A DNA stretch of 64,000 nt from positions 1,640,853 through 1,704,852 of the forward strand of contig CBDCUM010000010.1 in assembly GCA_965222665.1 (NCBI GenBank), in the 5' to 3' direction. Source of the DNA: Rhodobacterales bacterium. GTDB taxonomy: Bacteria; Pseudomonadota; Alphaproteobacteria; Rhodobacterales; CAZPXZ01. A program made the translations under genes and the position numbers. The notes below the pieces were generated by a model. It did no database searches and was not told where the DNA came from. It saw only the letters and a list, made by a program, of their open reading frames with translations. Every line of letters starts with the position of its first letter. The stretch's first letter is position 1. Shown here piece by piece: positions 23,058 through 32,243 of the stretch.

Positions 23058-23957
23058 TCAGGCGCGCGACTGCAGATCCTGCAGACCATCGGCCAGCAGA
23101 TTGAACCCGAGAACCAGCGAGACCACGGCGAAGCACGGTATCAGCGCCATGTGCGGAAAGACGATCAGCATTGGTGTGGCCTCGCGCACCATGCCGCCCC
23201 AGTCCGGATTGGGCGGTGGCAGCCCGAGGCCGAGAAATCCCAGGACACCGATCGCGATGATCGTGTAGCCCATGCGCATGCACGCATCGACAATCAGCAT
23301 TGAGCGCGCATTGGGCAGGATTTCCGCCACCATGATGAAGATCGCGTTCTCTCCGCGGGTCTGGGCTGCCGCTACGTAGTCGTTGGTTTTGAGATCGAGA
23401 GTCAGCCCTCGCGTGAGGCGCGCGATGCCCGGGCTGGCAACGAGAACGACTGCGGCAACGATGTTTGCGCTTGACGGGCCGACCGTTGAGATGAGCACGA
23501 CGTACATCACGAGCTTCGGGAACGACAGCAGTACATCGACAGCGCGGCTGATCACGTCGTCGATCCAGCCTCCAAAATATCCCGCGATCAGACCCAACGA
23601 TATGCCAACCAGATAGGCGATGCTCAGTGCCAGAGGCGCCAATGTCAGGACCGGACGCGCTCCCCACATGATACGCGACAGGAGGTCGCGCTTGAGGGCA
23701 TCCGCACCCAGCCAATGATGCATCGACGGCAGCATGTCTATAGCCGTCATGTGCTGCGCGGTCGGTGAATAGGGTGCGAGTACCGGCGCAAGAGCGGCAA
23801 TGACCACCCAGGTGAAGATCAGCGCAAGGCCAACCAGCGCAACCGGAGAGCGGGCGAGCGCCCGCCAGCGCGGCGCTGGAGCCGGACGGACGGGCTCGAA
23901 TGTGCCAGGTTGCAGCCCGTCCATCCTGTTCGGAGAGGGCTGAACAATGTCACTCAT
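23058..23957 (-). CDS. ABC transporter permease (DppC-like)
   Basis: HWLGAD..RD, YVAAAQTRG loop, LGFLGLG...PDWG. Confidence 0.95.
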   Translation of the reverse strand: MSDIVQPSPNRMDGLQPGTFEPVRPAPAPRWRALARSPVALVGLALIFTWVVIAALAPVLAPYSPTAQHMTAIDMLPSMHHWLGADALKRDLLSRIMWGARPVLTLAPLALSIAYLVGISLGLIAGYFGGWIDDVISRAVDVLLSFPKLVMYVVLISTVGPSSANIVAAVVLVASPGIARLTRGLTLDLKTNDYVAAAQTRGENAIFIMVAEILPNARSMLIVDACMRMGYTIIAIGVLGFLGLGLPPPNPDWGGMVREATPMLIVFPHMALIPCFAVVSLVLGFNLLADGLQDLQSRA

Positions 23958-25096
23958 TTCAGGCGGATCCGCGGATTGAGCAACATGTAGCCAATGTCGC
24001 CCACAAGCTGGGTCGTCGTGGCGAGGCAGACGGCGATCAGCGTCGTCGCCTCAATCACCGCAATGTCGCCAAACAGCGCGGCCTCCAGCAGCAGTCGGCC
24101 GATCCCGGGATAGGCAAAGACAACCTCGGTAACCACGACGCCACTGAGCAGCCAGTTCAACTGGAGCAGGATTACGGTGAACGGCGCGATCATGGCGTTG
24201 CGAAACGCATGGTTGAACACGACCGAATGCAGCGGCAGGCCCTTGAGAATCGCGGTTCGTATATAGGGCGTTGCCAGGACCTCGATAAAAGCGGTGCGCA
24301 CGAAACGCGCCACGTAGGCCGTCACATAAAGAGAGAGCACCGCAACCGGCAGAAGAAGCTGGACATAGACCGGCCAGCGCCCGCTGGGCAACAACGGACT
24401 CGTGCCCGGTAGCCATCCGAGCAGGACGACGAAGATACTGACCAGAATGACGCCGGAAGCGAATTCGGGCACCGAGGCAAGCACGGTCCCCACAACCGTG
24501 ATCATGCGATCGAACACGCTTCCCTCATTGAGCGCGGCAACCATTCCCATGGCAAGAGCCAGAGGCACGATGACCAGGACGGCCAGCCCGGCGAGGAGGA
24601 GCGAGTTGCCAAGCCGATCCCAAAGCACTTCGGACACCGGTTGCTTCATCTGGGTGGAAAAGCCGAAATTGCCGAAATATTGCTCGCCGCGCTTGTCCTG
24701 GAAACCAAGATTCAGTTCCGGGCTCGCCAAGGGATCGGCGACGACGCCGGTAAGCACGCCGAGCCAGCGGAAGTAGCGCTGGATGAGCGGATCGCCCAGA
24801 TTCAGGCTTTCGTGCAGCATTTGCACCTGCTCGGCCGTGGCGAAGGGGCCAAGCATCTTGCGCGCAACGGTACCCGGCGAGGACTCGACAAGAACGAAGA
24901 CAACAAATGACGCCGCGACAAGTGTCACGACCGTCTGGCCGAGTCGACGAACGATAAATCGCAACAACGTCCGAGACCCTCCCGAATTCAGGCTTCTTGG
25001 CCCGGTGGACGGATCGGTTTCACTCCGGGCAGTTGCAACGTTCAATGCCGTCCAGGAATTCCTGTCCGAATCGGAGCCTGTCGCCTGAACAGACAT
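23954..25096 (-). CDS. ABC transporter permease (DppB-like)
   Basis: YIRTAILKGL, EVVFAYPGIG, LNPRIR. Confidence 0.95.
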   Translation of the reverse strand: MSVQATGSDSDRNSWTALNVATARSETDPSTGPRSLNSGGSRTLLRFIVRRLGQTVVTLVAASFVVFVLVESSPGTVARKMLGPFATAEQVQMLHESLNLGDPLIQRYFRWLGVLTGVVADPLASPELNLGFQDKRGEQYFGNFGFSTQMKQPVSEVLWDRLGNSLLLAGLAVLVIVPLALAMGMVAALNEGSVFDRMITVVGTVLASVPEFASGVILVSIFVVLLGWLPGTSPLLPSGRWPVYVQLLLPVAVLSLYVTAYVARFVRTAFIEVLATPYIRTAILKGLPLHSVVFNHAFRNAMIAPFTVILLQLNWLLSGVVVTEVVFAYPGIGRLLLEAALFGDIAVIEATTLIAVCLATTTQLVGDIGYMLLNPRIRLK

Positions 25097-25279
25097 CCTT
25101 TGTGTCGATCAAGGTGGCCTGATCCATTTTCGAGAACAGCGGTGGTCAGTATTCCGATTACATCAAGCTGTACAAAACACATGGATTCCTGCTGCCTTAG
25201 GGACCAAGCCGAGAAAGGATCAATCTCCTTGCACCGGGTCAGGAAATCTGAGGGTCGGCCGCCGCGCAACCGGCGCGGC

Positions 25280-27708
25280 CTGCCCATGCTACACAAGTTT
25301 TCACTTGACACGGTTTGGGATCGGGTGCATTCTATGAAGTATGTACGAGCAGAACCGTATTTTGTCGAGCGTTTCCAGCGCTGCGGGCGTGGCCCGCGTC
25401 CGCATGCTGATGGCTACGGAGAGATTCGCCAGTCGTTCCGCGCTCGGCCGTCGGGTGTGCGAAGTGTTCGGATTTCACGATGCGCTTGGCCGGCCGCAAC
25501 AGGCGGGCTGCATGAAAGCGCTGCGAACGCTTGCCGAACGAGACCGGATCATGCTGCCAGCACCGCGCAATGGCGGCGGCGGCGGCGCGCCTCGCGGCCT
25601 TGGGCACCCGGTTCCGGTTCCGGAGGGGCTTCCTTCGCGTGTTGACGCTGTGGCGGGGTTGTCGCTGGTGCTGGTGGATAGCGATGGCGAGCGCCGGATC
25701 TGGAACGAGTTGATGGCACGGGAGCATCCTCGCGGGGCGGCGCGGCATGCGGGAGCGCAGCTTCGCTATCTGATTGTCTCGGATCACGGTGTTCTGGGGG
25801 CTTTGGGCTTTGCGGCCTCGGCGCTGGCGGTGGCGGCACGGGACCAGTGGATCGGTTGGGACACGGCCCTGCGAGAGCGCCAGTTGCATCGGGTGGTGGG
25901 ACTGAGCCGGTTCCTGATCCGTCCGTCAGTGCACTGCCGGAACCTGGCCTCGAAGGCGCTGGGTCTTTGCTTGCGGCGTCTGGGTGCAGACTTTGAGCAG
26001 CACTATGGTTACCGGCCGCTGCTGGTGGAGACTTTTCTCGATTCTGCACAGCACGACGGCGCCAGCCTCGCCGCGTCGAACTGGAACCGAGTCGGCGAGA
26101 CGACCGGCCGCGGTCGGTTTTCGGCGACCGGTGCCCAGGTGCCGGTGAAGTCGGTGTGGGTGTTTCCCTTGACCAGGAACTGGCGTCGGCGGCTGGGGAT
26201 CCCGCCACGCGCGCCGCTCCCCGCGATCGGCGCCGGCGACGGCCTGGATCGCGAGCAATGGGCGCAGAACGAGTTTGGTTCGGCACCGCTCGGCGATATA
26301 CGGTTGAGCAGGCGGCTGGTGAAGAGCGCCGCGGTTCAGGCCGACCACCCGATGTCGTCCTTTCCGGCGGCCGCGCAGGCGGACAAGGCGATGGTGATGG
26401 GCTACTACCGGATGATCGACCAGCCGGCGGATTCGGAGGTGTCGCCGACGAACATTCTGGCGCCGCACCGGGCGCGCACGCTGCAACGGATGCAGGGGTC
26501 GGATGTGGTTCTGTGCATCCAGGACGGAAGCGATCTGAACTTCGCCGAGCATCCCGGCTGCGCGGGCCTCGGGCTGATCGGCCGGAACAAGGGATCTTCG
26601 GGAACGTTGGGGCTGCACATGCACTCGATGCTGGCGGTCAATGGCGACGGCATCCCGCTGGGGGTTCCGCACATCCAGTACGAGGCGCCGGACGGTGCGG
26701 CGGAGAAGGACAAGCCGCCCGAAGAGCGCAAGACGCAGCGGTGGGTGCGGGGACTGCAGGACTGCGACCGGCTGGCCCGCGAACTGGACGGTGTGCGCCC
26801 GGTGTCGATTGCCGACCGGGAGGGCGATGTGTTCGAGTTGTTTGTCGAGCAGCGCCGCCTCGGTAGCGTCGATCTGCTGGTACGCGCGAAGCACAACCGG
26901 TCGCTCGGACGTCGGAAGCAGAAGCTCTTTGATCTGGCCCAGGCACAACCGGTACGCAAGCGGCTCGAGATCCATGTGGCGCACAGTTCGGCGCGCCGGG
27001 GAACGCGACGGCAGAAGGCGCGCGGGAAACGGGAAGCGCGCACGGCGATTGTCGAACTGCGCTGGTGTGCGGTCGACTTGCCGCCGCCCGAGACGAGCGG
27101 CTTCCGGAACGAGGCGCCGATCCGCCTGAACCTCGTGCATGTCCACGAGCCGGAGCCGCCGGACGGGGACAAGCCCCTCGAATGGTTCCTGCTGACCAGC
27201 CTGCCGGTGGCCTCCGACCGCGACGCGGAGCGGATCCTCAAATGGTATCGCCTGCGCTGGCGCATCGAGGACTGGCATCGGGTCCTGAAATCAGGCTGCA
27301 AGGTCGAATACCTCGGTCATCGCACCGGCGATCGCATCGAGCGGGCCGTAACCATCAACGCGGTCATTGCATGGCGGCTGATGGCAATGACGATGATGGG
27401 CCGCGAGACACCGGAACTGCCGGCAGACATCCTGTTCTCCGACATCGAGATCATGGCGCTCAAGGACTTTGCCACCGACCGCAAGCTGACCGCGCCCGAC
27501 AATCTCGGGCTGGCGGTGCTTACGATGGCCATGCTCGGCGGATACCTCAACCGCAAGAACGATCCGTGGCCAGGCCACGAGAAAATCTGGGAGGGCTATA
27601 CGCGCCTTGCGGTCGCCGTGCAGACCTACGAAAGACTCATCCGGATGGACCGAACCAGCGACTTGTATCAGAGGCTGCGTCCTGACAAGACTTGTGGCTA
27701 AAAGGCAG
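25280..27708 (+). mobile_element. Complete DUF4338-IS50-like element (copy 3)
   Basis: Ends CTGCCCATGCTACACAAGT and ACTTGTGGCTAAAAGGCAG; 8-bp direct repeat GGCGCGGC at 25272-25279 and 27709-27716. Confidence 0.9.
25341..27701 (+). CDS. DUF4338/DruA-like domain fused to IS50-type transposase (786 aa)
   Basis: RSALGRRVC N-terminus, GAQLRYL...RDQWIGW...RFLI..NLAS, then QDGSDLN, ADREGD, YRLRWRIEDWHRVLKSG. Confidence 0.92.
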   Translation: MYEQNRILSSVSSAAGVARVRMLMATERFASRSALGRRVCEVFGFHDALGRPQQAGCMKALRTLAERDRIMLPAPRNGGGGGAPRGLGHPVPVPEGLPSRVDAVAGLSLVLVDSDGERRIWNELMAREHPRGAARHAGAQLRYLIVSDHGVLGALGFAASALAVAARDQWIGWDTALRERQLHRVVGLSRFLIRPSVHCRNLASKALGLCLRRLGADFEQHYGYRPLLVETFLDSAQHDGASLAASNWNRVGETTGRGRFSATGAQVPVKSVWVFPLTRNWRRRLGIPPRAPLPAIGAGDGLDREQWAQNEFGSAPLGDIRLSRRLVKSAAVQADHPMSSFPAAAQADKAMVMGYYRMIDQPADSEVSPTNILAPHRARTLQRMQGSDVVLCIQDGSDLNFAEHPGCAGLGLIGRNKGSSGTLGLHMHSMLAVNGDGIPLGVPHIQYEAPDGAAEKDKPPEERKTQRWVRGLQDCDRLARELDGVRPVSIADREGDVFELFVEQRRLGSVDLLVRAKHNRSLGRRKQKLFDLAQAQPVRKRLEIHVAHSSARRGTRRQKARGKREARTAIVELRWCAVDLPPPETSGFRNEAPIRLNLVHVHEPEPPDGDKPLEWFLLTSLPVASDRDAERILKWYRLRWRIEDWHRVLKSGCKVEYLGHRTGDRIERAVTINAVIAWRLMAMTMMGRETPELPADILFSDIEIMALKDFATDRKLTAPDNLGLAVLTMAMLGGYLNRKNDPWPGHEKIWEGYTRLAVAVQTYERLIRMDRTSDLYQRLRPDKTCG

Positions 27709-27903
27709 GGCGCGGCGGCCTCCCGGTTCAGTTTGGCCATGAACTGACCATTGACGACGTCGTGACACAAAGGCAGGGAGAAATTTTCCCGATCAACGGT
27801 TCTTGAACCCTGGCGGTTGCTTCCGTCAGCGCCTTGTGTTCCTTACCGCTTGTTTCAGGAAATCTCATGCCGGCCTACATCGCCCGACTTCGCCAATAAT
27901 TTC

Positions 27904-29586
27904 CTAGCCCTCGATCCAGACGTCCTTGTAATAGTTGAAGTTTGTCGGATGCATCGTAAAGTTCTTCACGCGACTCCGGTACGCACCGAAGATCGAGCGG
28001 AAGACCGGCTGAATGATCGGACCATCTTCCAGGAGAATTGTCTGCAACTTGCCCATCGCGGCCCGGCGTTCGTCGATGCCCACCTTGCCTTCGGCTTCGA
28101 CAAGGAGCCTGTCGAATTCCGGGTTCGAATAGCCGGACTCATTCCACGACGCATCCGTGCGGAAACACAGACCCAGCAACATGATGCCGAGCGGACGGTG
28201 GTTCCAGTCCGTGAAGCCGACCGGAACCTTCTTCCATACTTCCCAATACTGCGTCGAGGGAACCGGATTCATCTTTATGCGAATGCCGACTTCGCTCCAC
28301 TGTTCGACCATGGACTGGACCACCTGACTCTCCCAGGCCGGAGAGGATTTCAGATAGACCTCTGAATCAATGCCGTTCGGATAGCCGGCCTCGGCCAGCA
28401 GCTTCTTCGCGGCACCGGGATCGAAGGGCAGAGGGGGTACGGGCCCGTAGTCCGGATGGGTCCTGGAGACGAGGTGATGTTCTCCCACGGTGCCCAGACC
28501 ACCGATTCCGAGATCGAGAACCGACTGGCAGTCGATGGCGAGCCGCATCGCCTTGCGCACTCGCGGGTCGTCGAAGGGTTTCGCCTCGGGCCGTACTCGT
28601 ACCGCACCGGTGTTCGCGGTATGGGCCTCGTAGACGTTCACACCGTCGAGCGTCCTGACCGCCTGGAGCGAAGCATTGTCGACAGACGGCCAACCGTCGA
28701 TCTGGTCGGCCGCGAGAGCCGCCATGGCGGCCGGCGCGTTGTCACCAAGGTCAAGGAGTTCAAGCGTCTCCACGTGCGGGGCGCCACCCCAGTAGTTGGC
28801 ACGCGCAGTCATCACGGCCCGCTTGCCCTGTTCGTAGCTTACGATCTGATAAGGCCCGGTGAAGTTCGCGCCGATCCCGAACTCGCCTCCGTCGTCCGGA
28901 TCCATCATGAAGAGTTGATGATGGTACAGGTGCTCGGGCACGGCCAGGTTCGGCACCTTGGCGTTCAAGCGAACGGTATAGTCGTCGACCTTCTCGATCG
29001 CATTGGCGTCCCACAGGCGACGGCTGAATTTTGGCTGGCCCTTATCGTCCTTTTCACCCGTGTCATAGCGTTCCAGCATGTAGCCCGCCATCAGCCCGAC
29101 GGTGGCCGAGCCGGTCGCCGGATCGAGCGCGTGCTTCAGGTTCCAGATCACGTCGTCGGCAACCAGAGGCCGCCCGCTGTGCCAGGTCACATCACGGCGA
29201 ATCCGCAGTATCCAGGTCTTGAGATCGGCACTGGGTTCCCAACCCTCCAGGAGCAGCGGGCGGGTGACGTTGTCAATGCCCGTCAAGGTCAGATGCTCCA
29301 GGGTCTGGCGCATGAAATCCCCTTGGCCCCAGCTATAGGTATGGGGATCCTTTATGTCCCCAAGCCGCATGGCCAGGCGCAGCGTGCCGCCCTTGACCGG
29401 TTCCTGCGCCCGCGCGGATGGGATCAGACCAGGGTCGCCACCCATGCCCGCGACGGCATAGGCCGCGCTGGCGGACAACCCCAACAGCGTGGCGGTTCGC
29501 AGAAAATCTCGCCGACCGATGCGACGATTTTCCAGTTGCTCGTACAACACGTTTACATATGGGTGAATCTGATTCTTTTCCGTCAT
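27904..29586 (-). CDS. ABC transporter substrate-binding protein (SBP family 5), Tat-exported
   Basis: RRDFL Tat motif, GGTLR, PFDDPRVRKAM, AKKLLAEAGYPNG. Confidence 0.95.
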   Translation of the reverse strand: MTEKNQIHPYVNVLYEQLENRRIGRRDFLRTATLLGLSASAAYAVAGMGGDPGLIPSARAQEPVKGGTLRLAMRLGDIKDPHTYSWGQGDFMRQTLEHLTLTGIDNVTRPLLLEGWEPSADLKTWILRIRRDVTWHSGRPLVADDVIWNLKHALDPATGSATVGLMAGYMLERYDTGEKDDKGQPKFSRRLWDANAIEKVDDYTVRLNAKVPNLAVPEHLYHHQLFMMDPDDGGEFGIGANFTGPYQIVSYEQGKRAVMTARANYWGGAPHVETLELLDLGDNAPAAMAALAADQIDGWPSVDNASLQAVRTLDGVNVYEAHTANTGAVRVRPEAKPFDDPRVRKAMRLAIDCQSVLDLGIGGLGTVGEHHLVSRTHPDYGPVPPLPFDPGAAKKLLAEAGYPNGIDSEVYLKSSPAWESQVVQSMVEQWSEVGIRIKMNPVPSTQYWEVWKKVPVGFTDWNHRPLGIMLLGLCFRTDASWNESGYSNPEFDRLLVEAEGKVGIDERRAAMGKLQTILLEDGPIIQPVFRSIFGAYRSRVKNFTMHPTNFNYYKDVWIEG

Positions 29587-29752
29587 ATCGTCCTCCCTTC
29601 GTTCACAGCCCCGGATCGAGCCGTGATACGTTTCTTACCGCCACCTTGTACACGGCCACGGAGGGCGGGTCATCCGCAGCCGGTTCTTGACGTCGCACGC
29701 CACGACGACCGCGTCCGGAGCGGCCGTCTCGTCTTGTGTTGTGCGCGTCGGT

Positions 29753-30895
29753 TCAGTACCCCCGCGCTTGATCGTAGACATGGGTCAGAATGTCGCCGCC
29801 CTGATAGCGTCTGATGTCGACCGCAACCGACTTCGCCGCCGTGCGCGGCAGGAGCTCGCCCGCCGTATGCGGCGTGACAATCACTTTTGGATGCCGCCAA
29901 TAGGGATGCTCGCCTGGCAACGGCTCCTCGGTGAACACGTCGAGAAACGCACCGCCGATCTGACCGCTGTCAAGCGCCGCCAGGAGATCGCTGTCAACAA
30001 TGTGAATGCCGCGGCCGAGGTTGACCAGAAACGCGCCCCGCGGCATCAATGCCAGGCGCTGCGCGTTGATCAACCTCTGAGTGGCCGGAGTCGGCGGCAG
30101 GACGTTTACGACATATTGGCAAACAGGCAGCATCTTCGCCAGACCGTCCAGCCCATGGTGGCAGGTCACGCCCGGGAGCGTCCGTGGTGTCCTGGTCCAA
30201 CCGTGTATCTGAAATCCGAAGGCGCCGAGTTTGGCGGCAATGTCGCGTCCAATATCACCCAGGCCGAGTACACCGACTGCCAAGTCGGGCGTATAGAGAA
30301 CGTCTGGTTCCTGCCACAGTGCTTGCACCTGATTGCGGGCATAGTCCGGCAACGCCCGGTGAAACGACAGAACGGCCGCGACGGCAAACTCGCTCATCAT
30401 CGCGACTTGATACGGATCGTGCATGCGGACGATGGGGATGCCCTTCGGCAAGTCGGGGTCGCACAGGATGTGATCGACGCCCGCCGCGATCGAGAAAATG
30501 ACCTTGAGATTCGTCAGTCTCTTGAGCAGGCCAAGCTCGGGCATCCACACCAAGACGTAGTCGATGGCGGTGGGATCGCCGATGTCAGGATGATGACGCA
30601 CCTCAAGCGCGGGTAGATGGCGTTTGAGCTCATTCACCCAGCGCTCGTCGGTGGAAACGAGGAGAAGTACCGGCAGTTCTGAAACCCTCGCTAGTTTCCC
30701 GTACAACAGGTGTTGTCGACGGGTGACGCGGACATGCACAGTCGACGTCGCTGCACGAAGGTCCTGGCGATCCGGTGCCCACAGCCATGATAGGGGCGCA
30801 CATGGCCATCGACAAACGGATGCTCCAACGCCTCGGGCTCGGCCCTGACCCGGCGCCCGGCTCCGCTGTCGGCATGCATGCGCGACAGCTTCCAC
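29753..30895 (-). CDS. ghrA: Glyoxylate/hydroxypyruvate reductase A-like D-2-hydroxyacid dehydrogenase; true start probably near 30690
   Basis: AAGVDH, GVLGLGDIG, VNLGRG, LDVF..EPLP, TPHTAG. Confidence 0.85.
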   Translation of the reverse strand: MEAVAHACRQRSRAPGQGRARGVGASVCRWPCAPLSWLWAPDRQDLRAATSTVHVRVTRRQHLLYGKLARVSELPVLLLVSTDERWVNELKRHLPALEVRHHPDIGDPTAIDYVLVWMPELGLLKRLTNLKVIFSIAAGVDHILCDPDLPKGIPIVRMHDPYQVAMMSEFAVAAVLSFHRALPDYARNQVQALWQEPDVLYTPDLAVGVLGLGDIGRDIAAKLGAFGFQIHGWTRTPRTLPGVTCHHGLDGLAKMLPVCQYVVNVLPPTPATQRLINAQRLALMPRGAFLVNLGRGIHIVDSDLLAALDSGQIGGAFLDVFTEEPLPGEHPYWRHPKVIVTPHTAGELLPRTAAKSVAVDIRRYQGGDILTHVYDQARGY

Positions 30896-31495
30896 TGGCC
30901 GATCTCTCTCAGCCTGCGGCGCAGGGTCTTCCCCTCCGGTGCCTGGCGGAGGCCCAGTGAAAGGCCCGACTCTCCCGGCGCATGGCCCTTGCGCTGTTCC
31001 GGGCTCCTGATGCCCAACCGCACCATGGCCATCGGGGTTTCCTTACGCTGTGGAGACCCTGGAGGCCGTTTCCGAGAAGGACATAGAGCCCTTTCGTCGG
31101 TCGCGAAGCCCTTCATCGAGGCGCGCAGGAGACGCCACCATCAAGGCACCTTCGACCGTCCCGGCCGCCTCAATGCGTAGCGGCAACTTCCCAAGCTTAC
31201 TGGTGCTCGCCGAGAGCGACTCTTCCCAACACTTGACCCCGACCCCGGCCGAGCGCACCGAGAGGCGTGGTTCGGATCCGTTCGGATCCGGCACTGCGGG
31301 GCTCGGCTGCCGCAACCGGCCCTGTTCCATCACGCGCGACAGCGCCATGAGGCTGTGTCCGACCGCCGTCGCCGGTACGCGGAGCGAACCTCCGCGATTT
31401 GGCAAAGCGTGTACCTCAACGAGATTGTCCCCGTTCAGCTTGTCGCCACCCTTCGAGGTGCGTGTCGCCTTCCGCGCATCAACGCCACCTGCCAC
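30700..31495 (-). pseudogene. Degenerate putative transposase fragment
   Basis: LGLRQAPEGKTLRRRL...VDGHVRPYHG...RRRLCM motifs, frameshifted. Confidence 0.55.
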
Positions 31496-31499
31496 ATGG

Positions 31500-31780
31500 G
31501 CCTATTTGCTGCGATAGACGGCGCCGCGCGAAACCGCGAACGCCGCGGCCAGGTCCGTCACGATCGCCAGACGAAGAGCGCGCAGCATCCCCGGCGCCGC
31601 GCGCCAGCGCTGGCGAATCGAAGACCGGTTCCGGGTGCTCAGGTTCGGCTGCAGCGTCGAAGACGCCGCATTCCTCTCGGCATGCCGCTTGCAGCGCACC
31701 GCCACCATCGACGCCGTCATCGCATGGCGCATGGGGCCGCATTGGTCCAGGCAACGGCGTCATGGGGGCTCGAACCAGCC
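31500..31780 (+). pseudogene. IS50-like transposase remnant of the same family as copies 2 and 3
   Basis: WRIEDRFRVLRFGCSVE...RLQRTATIDAVIAWRM. Confidence 0.7.
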
Positions 31781-31824
31781 ATGGGGACCATGTTGCCCTG
31801 CGCAACTCGCTGAAACATCGCCCT

Positions 31825-32075
31825 CTCGACTACTTCCACCGGACGTTGCCGATACGGCCACGCGTAGCTCGGGCGGGGCGATCCAGCTCGCCATGGAGTT
31901 CTTCGGAGCGGGCAACGTCGTTCTCGCAAGTGATACGCCTTTCGTTCCGGGAGGAGGAGAGATGTTCATTCGCGGGACAATTCGGGCGATTGACGGGCTT
32001 CCCGTTACCGAGCAGAAGCGCCCCGGTATCTATCACGGCAACTTGGGACGGTTGGTCGATCGGTCATTCGCGTGA
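31825..32075 (+). pseudogene. Amidohydrolase-family C-terminal fragment
   Basis: ADTA...EFFGAGNVVLASDTPF...IYHGN. Confidence 0.6.
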
Positions 32076-32243
32076 ATTGCGCATGTCTATCTTCAGGGGG
32101 AGTCCTTTCCCAAGGGCAATCCGAGACGGAATTCGAGCCCTGCGAGCGGCCTGCGGCGGCGGGAACAGTCCTTCGGCACCGCCCGGTAGCGGCACACGCA
32201 CCCTTCGCCCGCTTCGACCTCGCGGTGAACGCGACATGATCGT

